64,000 bases of DNA, from the NCBI GenBank assembly GCA_047495785.1, contig JBLDXI010000028.1, positions 1,054,001 to 1,118,000 of the forward strand. The letters run 5' to 3'. Each line of letters opens with the position of its first letter. Position 1 is the stretch's first letter. Made by a program: the position numbers and the translations under genes. The notes under the pieces are model-generated. The model saw only the letters and a program-made list of their open reading frames with translations, had not been told where the DNA came from and did not search any database. Of this stretch, positions 50,816 through 62,871 are shown piece by piece. Source of the stretch: Lepidodermella squamata (taxonomy: Eukaryota > Animalia > Gastrotricha).

Positions 50816-53800
50816 TCACGATATTGTACACGAAGCATTGCGTGGCATGCATTGCCCTTTTCCGTTATTATTGACAACAGGGACACAGCCCAGAGTGGTT
50901 TGCCCGTCTGTTCGGCTGTTATTGGACGCCAGACGAGCCTGAGCCGCGTCAACATCCAAAAACTCAACTACGCCCAATTCACTCAAACTCTCCACCCCGG
51001 TTTTGAACGGGCAAGTCCCACTAAGGGCTGGGGCGAATTTCGCCAGCTCGCCCCCGTCGAAACTAGGCCGCCGACTCGATAGCGAGTCGTCTGGGGTATC
51101 TGAGCTGCGGACAGGGTTTTCTAGTGTATCTTTAGCCTCATCCTCCTCTATGACTGGGGTTTCCTCATCGATTATAACTTCATCATCGAATTCCACCGTT
51201 TCAAGCATTGACCTATGCCGAGAGGTCACAACATCTACGTTTTCGTCATCGTCATCTTCATTTTCGAAGGTGACCTTACTACCGGAAGCTGCGCTACTTT
51301 TGCTGAGCCGCGTTTCTTTCTCCAGCCGGCGTCTCTCGATTTTTTGCATGAAATCTAACAGGCCGGTGTTGTCTAGCGGTAGGGCTGTTTGGCGGCCGCT
51401 GATTAGCTGTTGATCTGATGTGGTTGATAGTAGCTGGGCTGTTCGACTTACCGGGCCAGAGTAGGCCGAATCACTCTCTGCGCCAAAAACTGACGAATCG
51501 CTATCCAATTGCTGGCCGGGATATCGGACAAGTTTAAACAGCTCGACACTTTTACGAACCTGAAAAACATAGCCAAAAAGGTGATTGCTGATTGCACACG
51601 TATGACGGACCAAGTATGACACGCAAATGCAATCTTGAGGTATAAGATGCCATTAGAATATTTTACTTCACGACAGGGAATTGAGAATTTCGGCTTCGCC
51701 AGTATTTTCGGGGCCTTTCGTGAGCTAAGACATAGATGTAGAAATGAGGTCTTTTAATTCCACAGCGATGATTAGATCCCAGGAGGGCTCTTATGGTTTG
51801 TTTTTTGCTAGCCCTGCTTTTTTCCATGTGATTTGTAGATCTACGTCACATTATTTGAAAATGTTCGGAATTTGTCACATTCGGAGCTCTCAATGACAAA
51901 CGTTCTGAAATTAACGTACCAAATATTCGGCACTTTGAATTTGCGAAAAATCGAAATTGTTCGCCGAATCGGTGGTGGCCAATACAACTTTCGCGTTCTC
52001 AGTTATCGCGATCGAATTCGTCTAAAACGCGAGAAAAAGCACGAAAATTCAATGAACTCGCGAAATGAGCTCACGCAAAGCCTCGCATAATTACGTGTTA
52101 GTTTAGCTAATCTTCTCATACCTGGCCGATAGTAGCAGCTAAATCGCGAGTGCATCGCAGTGATTCTCCGGCTATGCAATAGTAGTTCAAATTGCCGATC
52201 GAAGCTATCGAAGACGCCCCCTCGCCGCAATCGATAACTTGAAAATCCGTTTTGCAGATTAAAAAAAATCTTACAAATTTCCATACCAATTTGAAATTTC
52301 CCAGCTGGTATAGGTTTTTCATTCGAGGCTCGGCTCGATCCACTGGCTGGGGTCATATTTCCAAGATGAATACCTGATGGAGGCTTGTTGGCGCTAAAAA
52401 TCGCTTTAAATTCAGCCGAATGAACTAATTCGATCGCAGCTAAAATTATCGAATTAACAGGCTGTTTTTGCTCAAACGGCAGTCCGGCCGCTAGAGTCAC
52501 TTCATCAGCGAGCGAGGGTGTCTGAGAAAATTGAAAATTGAAACAAAACCGACGTGTCATCAAGTCGGGCGATAATAATTGACGCACTTTTGTCAAGTTG
52601 AATTTGTCACAAATTTTGTCGAGCTTCGCCGCGAAGCAATTCAGATGAGTGACATGTTGCTGAATCGACGATGCGTGGTTACTGCCGCTATTATTATCCC
52701 CGTCATCGAGGCGAGAAAAGTCGAAAATTATCGCCATAATTGCAACGAAGCCTTTGGTGACCTGTGTAAATAGCATATAGTTGAAATGTCCTGAAACATG
52801 TGTTCAAAATCAGCTGATCAATCAATGAAAAAAAAATTTTTGATTTTCAAATTTTCAAATTCTAGTATTTTTTTTAATTTTCAAATTAATAATTCAATTT
52901 AATTAATATATCTTTTCTTCTACAAAATTACTTCGACATTTATTGATTTTGGGTTATCCGAAACTTCTGAATAGCGAAGAACCAAATGCCTGGGGACAAC
53001 GGTCTGAAGTAAGCTTAGCCGTTCGCCCTGAAGTTGGAAAGCTCGTTCGAGGCAAAAGTCAATGTCAGAGTCCTTCAGAAAAAACAAAGGAAAATTTGAA
53101 GCAAATCAATAATATTGGGTTAATAAGTACAAATTTTGCCAATTCTTTACGATTTGAAGACAAATTTTTCGACAGTTGCCGGTGATAAGCAACACTGGTG
53201 ACAAAACGCGACGCGTCATTTTTCGACAAATCCGAGCCATTCAAACCGATATCGCGTAAATTGTTCATTTCCTCGAATCTGACAAAGCCAAATATGAGAT
53301 ATTTTAAGGAATAATTTTGTCCTTACAGTGGGACGCCATTGAATATCAGACAATTCGCGCTCTTGAAGAAGAAAACTTGGCCGCGGAGGCGTAAAATAAC
53401 AGACTCTTGATTTTTGGATTCACCCTTGTACGGAACTTGGAATTCGATAGTGAAAATGTTGTGCCCATTTCCTCCGATCTATTATAAGTAGAAAATGGCT
53501 TAAAATGGAAGACAATAGCTGAAAGCTGAAATATGACCAGCTTCAAATTTCACAAAAATTCAAATGAAATAACTAATTTTGTCCTGTTTACCTCAGCCCA
53601 AGACCAGGATGATCGTTTAGGTAAGGCTATTTTGCAAACAGATAGCAAACTTGATCCAAGAACCCCAGGTAACAGCTTCATCAGCGATTTGCCTATCGAA
53701 ACAATTTCCAGCTCGCTCTCGACAAACGCGATATGAAACGGCATCAAATCATCGAAAATGCAACTCGCCGATAGTTGCATTTTCTTCATCGAATCAACGT

Positions 53801-54440
53801 AGCACCGCGTTTTTTTGCGCTTCACATATTGGTCTAAATTATCGAAAATCAGCGTAATTATCGTTTCGATAAAATCATCATCGGAGGTTTCTTGCTCGAT
53901 TTTCGACTCGATCTTAATTCCGTAATATTTTTCAGCTACGGTGTTCATTAGCCCGGTCGCGAGGCAACTAAATCCAGTTCGGTTGGTTTTATACGAAATT
54001 TTCATGCCTTCCGGAGTTTGTTCTAAAACCGTGAATGACGGCGGTTGAATTCGCGGGAAACTGTGGCGTAAATATTCGTGTAGACAGTCGATATTTCTTA
54101 GAAAATCGGCGAAATCCCGGCCGAAAAAGTCGAGAAGCGGCTTGAAACCGGCGTCATTTGTTAGCAAATGCAGGAAATAATGGCTGACTTTCTGCAAAAC
54201 TTCACCCGGCGATAAGTTGGTGATGAGGCAAACGGCTTGAATCAGGCAATTCATAACATCATCCGGGTAGGATTGATAAATCGTAAAGCCGCGTTTGAAA
54301 ATTTGCCGAAATCGCGGCATCGAACTGTTCGACTCTCGCCGGTCAAGGCTATCGGCTGTATCGATAATTTCATCGACCACATCTGGCGGGAAATTTTCCG
54401 TTATATATTGCAATAAAGACTGCAACACAAGGCCATACAT
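50816..54440 (-). CDS. Atypical soluble guanylyl cyclase-like protein B (H-NOX + PAS + coiled coil + degenerate cyclase + long acidic tail), ~9 exons; last exon 51559-50816
   Basis: MYGLVLQ start at 54440; NIDCLHEY, QPPSF, YKTNR; LRLRGQV; GLNGSDLSKNDASR; cyclase-like HLNCFAAKLDKIC, TPSLADEV, YYCIAGESL; several intron positions shared with gene A. Confidence 0.8.
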
Positions 54441-54674
54441 GGTTGATAAAAAAAAATTCAGTGTTGGGTCAGCCAACGAAAAAACACTGATAAAACTGAA
54501 GCCATTTGAGGCTCGAGACAGGATTAAACACCCCCTCATAAATCGGGTGCAAATCACTTGTTTTATTCGCAATGAAAACAAAAAAATCGTAATAAAAAAA
54601 GAAATCATTTGACTTTAATTAACAGTGAATGAATGAATCGATCGATAAATTTTGAAATATATGAGGTCGGATAT

Positions 54675-57388
54675 TTACTTAAAAGATAAATTTGTAATGT
54701 CACGGCTTGGAATGTTTTGGCACCATTTCGAACATTCAGGACTAGACAAGAAGGCCGGAGTGATTGTAGGAGGGACTGCGGCTTCGTTTTCGAGCGATAA
54801 ACAAGCAGCTCGGAGGCCGAGGCGAACGGCTTGATCGGCATCCTTCGCCAGGCCAGATACCGTCGAACCAATTACCGTCCCAATGAAACTAAGAAAAAAT
54901 CAAAAAATTAAAATTATTAAAATGGGACAAAGAAAATAAACGGAAATGGGATCAGAAAATAAAAAAATAAGAGGCAATTCTCATGGCCACAAAAATTCCA
55001 AATGCCTTGAGAATGGTAGTCAGGTATAAAACTTTTCAATGGGAATGTAAAAAACCGAAAATTGGCCCAACCGGGTAAAATACCGAAAATTACCGAACAA
55101 TTGACAATCGGGTTTTTCCGGGTTTTCTGCGGTACATTTTTATTTTGAAATTGTGAACTAACCAATCACCAGCTCCTGATACGCTAACAATTTTCAGGCC
55201 CTGGCCAGGCGGCTCAGCTGAGTAGAAAATTGCTGAAAACTTGTCACTTTTTCCACTTTCAGGCTTCGACCAAGGCCTCATCGGCAACGACTGATACGCA
55301 TCGCAGCTTCGAATTACAATCACGCCATGATGGCCCAATTTCAAGAACAAATTCGGCGGAAAATTCGGCTTTGACAACAGTTCTTTTCCAGATTTTGCCA
55401 AAATCATCAGAATTTCGTCGCTTAGCGGTGCGTTTCCAACAACAGCATCTCTGCAGTTAGCCGGCGATGTTTTCCCGGTAAAAAATTCGAATAATTGTAA
55501 AAACTCCTCAAAGTTCGGGCTAATCGATGCGAGGCAGTCAAAAATTGCGTGATGACTAGATTTCACGTCGAATTGCGCTCCAATGGCTTGAAATGGCCTT
55601 GTTGCTTTATAAATATCAGTACATTCCAAATAGAGCGGAACTTTGTGCTTCAAACAAATTTCCATCATTTTAGGAAAGACTTTGAAGGGCAAATTTCCGT
55701 CGATTACAGCTAACGGCGCTTTCGAAATCGATTCCTCGTGAGCGGCCAAATCTTCGGCGTCAAATTTTTCCATAGCAATAAAATCGCCTATTCCAACCAG
55801 GTATTGGCCAGTATTCGCCAGAGTTCCAACGTAAGACGGCGAATAAACGCCTGTTTTTTCTTTATCAAGCCATTTCACGCCTGCTACGTCAAGATGTTGC
55901 GGCGTGAGCGATACAATCAATTTCCCAACCGAGTCGTTTGATAGAACCGAAACAAGTAGAGGCCGCTTTTCGGTCTCATTTTCTTTCGCCTGGGTTTCGC
56001 CGATAACTCGAGAAATGCAGTCGGCAACATTTCTACCGACCCCTCCAGCTGACAAGAAAACTCGGCCTTGTTCTGTAGCTTGCGTATGGCCCGGGGTTGG
56101 GTCCAAAAATTTTCCATACGCGTCTAGAACTGAACCGCCGACAATAACAGGCCGGGTTGATGCTTCTGATTTTCGGGGGGGCGAGCAATTTCGATGACCA
56201 GTTTGCATTTTAGACAGGCCAACAGCGATTTGACAACCGATGTTAGTGTTGTTCAAGACCAGCGCGAGATCTATAGTTTAATATCATCATATTTTTTTAA
56301 TAATTCTAAGATTTGTACAGACTTGCTTTCACTGTTTCGCCTTTGCTAGCTTTAGCGATTTCAGACAGTAAAAATGGCGTTGTAGCTTTCCCTGTTATAG
56401 ATTGTTCCGCAGCTTTTTTCAAAGCCTCTTGAATTCGCTTTTCCATCACTGCGACTGAAATAGCAGCACTTTCCGGGATTGGGCAGGCTAACAACACTCC
56501 ACTGGGAGGTGGATCCATCGAAAAGTGAGCATCTACGATACATGATTATTTCAATTGCGTCAAAATTTGAATATTTACTTATAAGTTTCACGGCATCTTC
56601 ACTCGAGCCAAGACGGAGCGGTACCTTAACGCCGGAAGAAACTGAGTGGAAAGCCGGGAAAAACCCATCCGGATGAAAAGTAGCCACAGGAACGCCGAGT
56701 GTTTCCAAATATTCCAGCGTGGCTGGGATGTCGAGAATTGACTTCGACCCCGCACAAACCACGACAACAGGCGTCCGGCCTAGTTCTGTTAAATCCGAAC
56801 TGATATCGAAACTTTCTTGCCAACTACGGTGAACGCCGCCAATGCCACCGGTTACGAATAGTTTAATACCAGCCATATGAGCTGCCCACATTGTTAGCGA
56901 GACGGTAGAACCTCCACTGAGTTTCTTTGAAACGGCTTTTGCAATATCAAGCCGAGCGACTTTCTCTATTTCTGATTTGCCGGAGGCTAGAAATTCCAGC
57001 TCCTCCCGATTTAGCCCTTGAAATTTAAGATTCAGTGTTATGAATGACCAAGTTCGTCTTGAGAAAGTACCTATTACAAGCTTGCCATCAACAAATCCAA
57101 TCGGCGCCGGTGTAACGTCAAATTTTTTGCAAATCTGGCGGATGTCATCGTTTAAGCTGAAATTTCGTCGGAATTAATTCAGTTATGGAGCAGTATATTC
57201 TCTCACTTCAAATTCAACGGCTTTGGGAGACCGTGCGTTACAATTGCTGTCTCGAATGCAACAACCGGCTTGTTCGCCGATACAGCCTCTATAACACTAG
57301 GTCGAATGTCGAGCCAATGCGGCCGCTTAGCAGTAGACAGCATTCGCTTGGAAATCATTCGACAATGCGGAGATAGGCCGAGAAACAT
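54675..57388 (-). CDS. Bifunctional pseudouridine-5'-phosphate glycosidase / pseudouridine kinase (PsuG-PfkB fusion), ~6 exons
   Basis: PVVAFETAIVTHGLP, FVTGGIGGVHR, DISSDLTELGRTP, KSILDIPATLEYLET, GKATTPFLL; GGVGRNVA, VSVSGAGDCF. Confidence 0.92.
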
Positions 57389-57529
57389 TTTTACTGATTC
57401 TACAAATTCAAGAATAAATCTTATTATTGATGAAATGTTAAATGTCAGGATGGAAGATGCACATCAATTAATCACAGAAATCAAGCGACAAGAAATGGAT
57501 GAAGCTTCAAGATGATATCAACACCATGG

Positions 57530-58200
57530 TTTAAAAATAATGGTTTGACGATGAATGCGAAGAAATGCTGTGTTATGCGTCTTGGCATTTACGTATGAAA
57601 TCGATGATACAAGCTAGAATGTGTTGATTCAGTTCGTAACTTTGGTGTTAATGTTGATAAAAAGTTGAATTCGAAAGTCACTGTGCTCTTCTAAAAAGCA
57701 AATGCGCTCAATCAATTGGTTACACTTTTAAAGCTTTCACATCTGAGTCTATGCGCTTAAAAGCTTACGTGCTACCTATTTCTGACTACTGCTCAACAGT
57801 ATACTCAACAGTATTTGTTGAATTTAATCGAAGAGCTAGAGTCTAATCAAGAGCGATTTCTCGAAAGGCACGGTAAGCATAAAATTGGTGAAGGCTATGA
57901 TTTGCGAAGTAAGTATAGCCTTCCGTCTCTGGAGAAACGGAGATTTATGCGAGAACTTTTTGTGACTTAAAAATTATATTGCAATATTGTTGCAGTTGAT
58001 TCAATTTCTTTATTTTGTCTAAAAATAAATATGCACCAGTTCATCGTTTACAACAAATCAAATGTCGCCGTGATTGCAAAAAATTCTCTTTAAATAAAAC
58101 AATTTTACATTTTTGGAATGACTTGAATCATAACACTATCAATGTCGGCTTGAATTTGTTTAAAAAGACCAATAGAGGTGCCAGCTAAAGTACCTGATTT
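57530..58200 (+). mobile_element. Degraded 3' fragment of a LINE (CR1/L2/Jockey-like) reverse transcriptase
   Basis: Broken frames read NGLTMNAKKCCVMRLG, VDSVRNFGVNVDKKL, KAYVLPI.DYCSTVYS, LPSLEKRR. Confidence 0.7.
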
Positions 58201-58322
58201 GCATTGTTATGCCTAATAAATATAATCATTTTTGCAATAATCGCCTCGGCGGATTTAGCAAGCCAAAAATGAAAATAAATACATAAACAATAGTAAAATA
58301 TTTCATACACCGAAGAGCTAAG

Positions 58323-59372
58323 TTAGCTCTTTTGAACCAACGGATATGGGCGACGAAAGGAGGCAAAAACAGCATCGCCAATATTGATAGGGCCAGTTTT
58401 GTCAGGTACACCCTGAATTCCAAACAAGGGTGACGGGCCAAACTCTGCACACTGGCGATAAACTTTCATTTCTTTCAAAGGTTGGCCATCGCCTCTCTTC
58501 TCGCCATGGTCAGGGTCAACGGTCGTCAACACGCAACGTAAGCACGGTTGAATGCTTCTAAAGACAACACTTGCCGCTTGAAACATCGCTTCGGGCGATT
58601 CTTCCTGGACTTTGGCTCCCGATGGAACAATGTAAACAACATCAAATTCGTCCTCAATATAGGGTTGCTCCGTGCGAATTAGGATGTTAGGGCGGAAATT
58701 CCGGTAAGTTATTGGTGTGTAGGAAGAAGTGTCTTCTGCCTTCGACTTCACCCTGGCATTCAAATCCTCCACGGACCTATCATTAATTAATAGCAATGGG
58801 GCCCAGTCAGCGTAGCCAGTTTTATCCTCGGGGAAAATACGGGGAGCAACGCTTGGAAAAATCTCGGGACTTGATGCCAAGAATCTAAGATGTTCCTGCG
58901 AGTCAATATGCATCAGACGAAGATCTTCCCTGCCGATGAAAATGTTGAGCCAATTTGCAGCGTTCTGACCGCAGTCTTTTCCATGAACCACTACGCCCCA
59001 TAAAGTTGCTGTCAGGTTTTGATCGGTACCATTTGCGGCGTGATGATGGAAAGGTAGGTCTATCACCAAATCGGGAACATCAGGTGCGGATAATCGCAGA
59101 GTCCATCCTTCGTTAGAATCAAGCTTGATAAGCTCGGTTCTTATCAATGCCATCCTCGGGCATTTTCTCTGAGTTAACAGTTGACAAGGGGAACCATCCT
59201 TTGACTGCATTAAAAGAGCAAAATGTCTGTCCCTTAGCGTAGCGTCGAATTCCAGGCCCGTGTACAAACATTCCAGTTTCTCAGTTAGTTCAATGCCCCG
59301 TAGCGATTTAATGGGATACAAAATCAGCTTCTCAATTCGGCCGACTTTAAAAAGATTTAAAGATCCCGACAT
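58323..59372 (-). CDS. MTARC: MOSC-domain mitochondrial amidoxime reducing component (mARC), copy 1; first ATG-started form lacks an N-terminal anchor
   Basis: LYPIKSLRG, LRDRHF, RNFRPNILI, PCLRCVLTTVDP. Confidence 0.88.
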   Translation of the reverse strand: MSGSLNLFKVGRIEKLILYPIKSLRGIELTEKLECLYTGLEFDATLRDRHFALLMQSKDGSPCQLLTQRKCPRMALIRTELIKLDSNEGWTLRLSAPDVPDLVIDLPFHHHAANGTDQNLTATLWGVVVHGKDCGQNAANWLNIFIGREDLRLMHIDSQEHLRFLASSPEIFPSVAPRIFPEDKTGYADWAPLLLINDRSVEDLNARVKSKAEDTSSYTPITYRNFRPNILIRTEQPYIEDEFDVVYIVPSGAKVQEESPEAMFQAASVVFRSIQPCLRCVLTTVDPDHGEKRGDGQPLKEMKVYRQCAEFGPSPLFGIQGVPDKTGPINIGDAVFASFRRPYPLVQKS

Positions 59373-60054
59373 GCGACGACCGCAGATTTCAAAAATGAGC
59401 CGGCCAAATGAGCTTGCGGTGCGACTTATTGATAACAGCAACCAGCCAATCAATCAATAATAATTGTCATGTACATAAAGGGGAACAAAATGACAACAGA
59501 TTAATACAATCAATAAATCGAAATAGGTTCCCAATAGTGATTATTTTCTTTAATCAATTTTCTTCTTTTTCTTGTAAAATACAAATTTCACAATGTGATT
59601 ATCGGCAGGCAATGAACTTGGTGTGTACTTCCGAAATCAGATTCAAGGTGTCTTTACCGGAAATCTCCGATTCTTTACTGTACAGTAGCCAGTCGAGCAA
59701 ACTGTCGAGCCAGTCGAGAGAAGATTGCAACACTTTACATACGGAATTCACATTAGGCCATCGCACCTTGTTAGTAGCAGTGGCTTTCCTAGCTGCTCGC
59801 CCAATTCTCGCAAGTTTGTCTCTCGCACGTAGACACATTCGGACGTATAATGGACGTTCTTGCACTTTTCCGTCTCTTGCTTGCACTTGTTCAGCTCGGT
59901 GTTGATTGCCACTATTAGCGCGTTCAGCAACTCATGCGTTTCGCTAGCTGCTATGACCGCAGCGTTGTGGAATACGGCTTTCAGCGACGTCAACCCTTTG
60001 TTCCTGGTACCAGTTGCGTTGCGGGCGTTTCGCTTCGAACTTGCTCATCATTCG

Positions 60055-60288
60055 ATCGAAATCACGACAACGGGCGCCCGGCCCAACTCTGTCGAATCTG
60101 AGCTGGTATCGAAGCTTTCTTGCCTACTACGGTGAACACCGCCAATGTCACTGGTTACAAACATTTTGATGCCGGCCATATGAGCGCCCACATTGTTAGC
60201 GAGACTGTAGAACCTCCACTGAGTTTCTTTGGAACGGCATTTGCTTCCATATTTCATTTGATAATGCGGAGATAAGCCGAGAAGCATT
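60055..60288 (-). pseudogene. Internally deleted fragment of the PsuG/K gene 5' end
   Basis: Matches 57340-57480 (start and upstream region) fused to 56760-56935 (AHMAGIK..GGVHRS..SSD.TELGR.PVV), with frameshifts. Confidence 0.85.
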
Positions 60289-60420
60289 TTTATTGATTCT
60301 ACAAATTCAAGAATAAATAATCATTGAATGAATTATTGAATGTCAGGATGGAAGATGCACAATAATCAACCACAGAAATGCAACAACGAGAAAGCGATGG
60401 TACCATTTAAGCTACCCGAG

Positions 60421-61551
60421 TTAGTTGTTCTGAATCATTGGATAAGGGCGACGAAGAGAGACAAAAACAGCATCGCCAATATTGATAGGGCCAGTTTTGT
60501 CTGGTACGCCATTGATTCCAAACATTGGTGACTGACCAAATTCTGCACACTGACGATAACCCTTCAATTCTTTCAAAGGTTGGCCATCGCCTCTTTTCTC
60601 GCCAAGATCGGGGTCGACAGTCGTCAACACGCAACGTGTGCACGGTTTAACGCTTCTGAATGTAATACTTGCCGCTTGACAGATCGCTGCAGGCGATTCT
60701 TCATCGACTTTGGTTCCCGATGGAACAACATAAACAACATCGAATTCGTCCTCAATATAAGGTTGCTCCGTGCGAATTAGGATGTTAGGGCGGAAATTCC
60801 GGTAAGTTATTGGTGTGTAGGAAGAAGTGTCTTCTGCCTTCGACTTCACCCTGGCATTCAAATCCTCCACGGACCTATCATTAATTAATAGCAATGGGGC
60901 CCAGTCAGCGTAGCCAGTTTTATCTTCTGGAAGAATACGGGCAGCAACGCTCGGGGGCACCTCGGGACTTGATGCCAAGAATTTAAGATGTTCCTGCGAG
61001 TCAATATGCATCAGACGAAGATCTTCCCTGCCGATGAAAATGTTGAGCCAATTTGCAGCGTTCTGACCGCAGTCTTTTCCATTAACAACCACGCCCCATA
61101 ACGTTGCTGTCAGGTTTTGATCGGTACCATTGGCGGCGTGGTGATGGAAAGGTAGGTCTATCACCAAATCGGGAACGTCAGGTGCGGATAATCGCAGAGT
61201 CCATCCTTTGTTAGAATCAGGCTTAATAAGCTCGGTTCTTATCAATGCCATCCTCGGGCATTTTCTCTGAGTTAACAGTTGACAAGGGGAACCATCCTTT
61301 GACTGCATTAAAAGAGCAAAATGTCTGTCCCTTAGCGTAGCGTCGAATTCCAGGCCCGTGTACAAGCATTCCAGTTTCTCAGTTAGTTCAATGCCCCGTA
61401 GCGATTTAATAGGATACAAAATCAGCTTCTCAACTCGGCCGACTTTAATGAGTTTCTTGGAGTATCTCTTGCGATTGAAATAGTTGGCGAGATACACCGC
61501 CACGTTTGATCCAATAACAAAAGCCGAAAATTCCACGAACACAGAATTCAT
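60421..61551 (-). CDS. MTARC: mARC copy 2 with N-terminal hydrophobic anchor
   Basis: Same MOSC motifs; N-terminus MNSVFVEFSAFVIGSNVAVYLANYFNRKR. Confidence 0.9.
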   Translation of the reverse strand: MNSVFVEFSAFVIGSNVAVYLANYFNRKRYSKKLIKVGRVEKLILYPIKSLRGIELTEKLECLYTGLEFDATLRDRHFALLMQSKDGSPCQLLTQRKCPRMALIRTELIKPDSNKGWTLRLSAPDVPDLVIDLPFHHHAANGTDQNLTATLWGVVVNGKDCGQNAANWLNIFIGREDLRLMHIDSQEHLKFLASSPEVPPSVAARILPEDKTGYADWAPLLLINDRSVEDLNARVKSKAEDTSSYTPITYRNFRPNILIRTEQPYIEDEFDVVYVVPSGTKVDEESPAAICQAASITFRSVKPCTRCVLTTVDPDLGEKRGDGQPLKELKGYRQCAEFGQSPMFGINGVPDKTGPINIGDAVFVSLRRPYPMIQNN

Positions 61552-62625
61552 ATCAAAACAAGGTAACTCGCCTTAAATGGGAGATGTGTTGCCGTCAAGT
61601 CTAACATACCCACAACTAACATACCCGACGACCGCCGATTTCATGCATTCAAAAAAAGCCCGCCAAATGGGTTGTGTCAAGTATCATTATGATAAATGTT
61701 ATATGTATACACTAAAAAATTGCAATTCTGAATGCACTGGTAAGTTGATTACTTTTGAAATGGTCTTCACATAGTTTTTGGGTGAGCCGCGACCGACAAT
61801 CATTTTTGTTGTTGGAGGGCTGAGTGGGGCTCTCTGTTTGAAGATGTCGAAAGTCATCAGTATATCGCAATCGCAGTTATACCTGCCAGCTGACGGCTGC
61901 TCGCTGCTCCGACAGTCAAACTGTTCCCCTTAAACTAATTAGTTTCTTCTTTTTGAATCAGCCGTTGAATCAGGTTCGACGTAAACTTCTACTTGTGACC
62001 GGCATTATTTCCTTCGTGCGACCAAGGATGGTGTACGCTTTTCGAACGGAACTGTCCAGTTTTATTCTCGAGGGTATGGGTTAATTTTTTTTTATTGCCG
62101 ATGCAGGCGACTTCGATGAGATAAAGCTTCACATCGACCTTTGGTTGTTGATTGCTACAGAAATATGAAGAAATGCTGTTTGCTGATGAGACTTGAGTTT
62201 GAGGTAGTCATGCTTGACCTCCCCTCTGAATGAAGTTGCATATTTACTTTTCAACCCTGGCCTTTGGCTATTGGTGTGGTGGGATCCATCCCACGATCTC
62301 ACGCAGTGCAGAACAAACTGGACGCGAAAAGCGTGCGATTTTATTTTTGGCGAAATGCTTAGATGATTTAAATGAATAATAAATGTCCACGACCCCCGAG
62401 CTAGGCTGCTCTTATTGCTGCTTATCAATTTCAAATAGCGAACAAAGCAACGAAATTCCGCAAAATTGTTAACTCACTCCACACTTAGCCATTTGCGATA
62501 ATTTCAACCTTTACAGTATACAATACCTCCTTAATTCTTGGGCCAAATCTGTTTCTTAGTCCTATTGTAGCCTGCTTCTAATAAATTTTCAATTCCATTA
62601 TAGGGTTTAACAAAAAGTATTGACA

Positions 62626-62871
62626 ATGTGGGCACTGCCGACATTTTCCGGACTGTGGTTCGTCGTGGGCGTTATTTGCCCGTTTTTCGTACCTCGAAGC
62701 AATCCTAATCGTGGTCTTATACAAACAATGTTGGCTCTCACAGCTGCTTGCTGCTGGCTTTTCTGGATTTGCGTCTATCTTCATCAGTTGAACCCTCTAA
62801 TCGGCCCGATTTTGAAAAATTCGACGATATACGTTATGCAACGGGAATGGTTTGGTAAAACTGACGACTGA
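62626..62871 (+). CDS. ATP6V0E: V-type ATPase V0 subunit e
   Basis: PFFVPRS.PNRGLIQTML.LTAACCWLFW...LHQLNPLIGP.L. Confidence 0.93.
   Translation: MWALPTFSGLWFVVGVICPFFVPRSNPNRGLIQTMLALTAACCWLFWICVYLHQLNPLIGPILKNSTIYVMQREWFGKTDD

Noticed and set aside
54675-57388. PsuG-PsuK fusion as a novel fusion or bacterial HGT
   Set aside because: The fused form is the usual eukaryotic arrangement in fungi and many animals, and it has spliceosomal introns
61840-62434. Short minus-strand ORFs upstream of mARC copy 2
   Set aside because: No recognisable motifs and no consistent exon chain could be built
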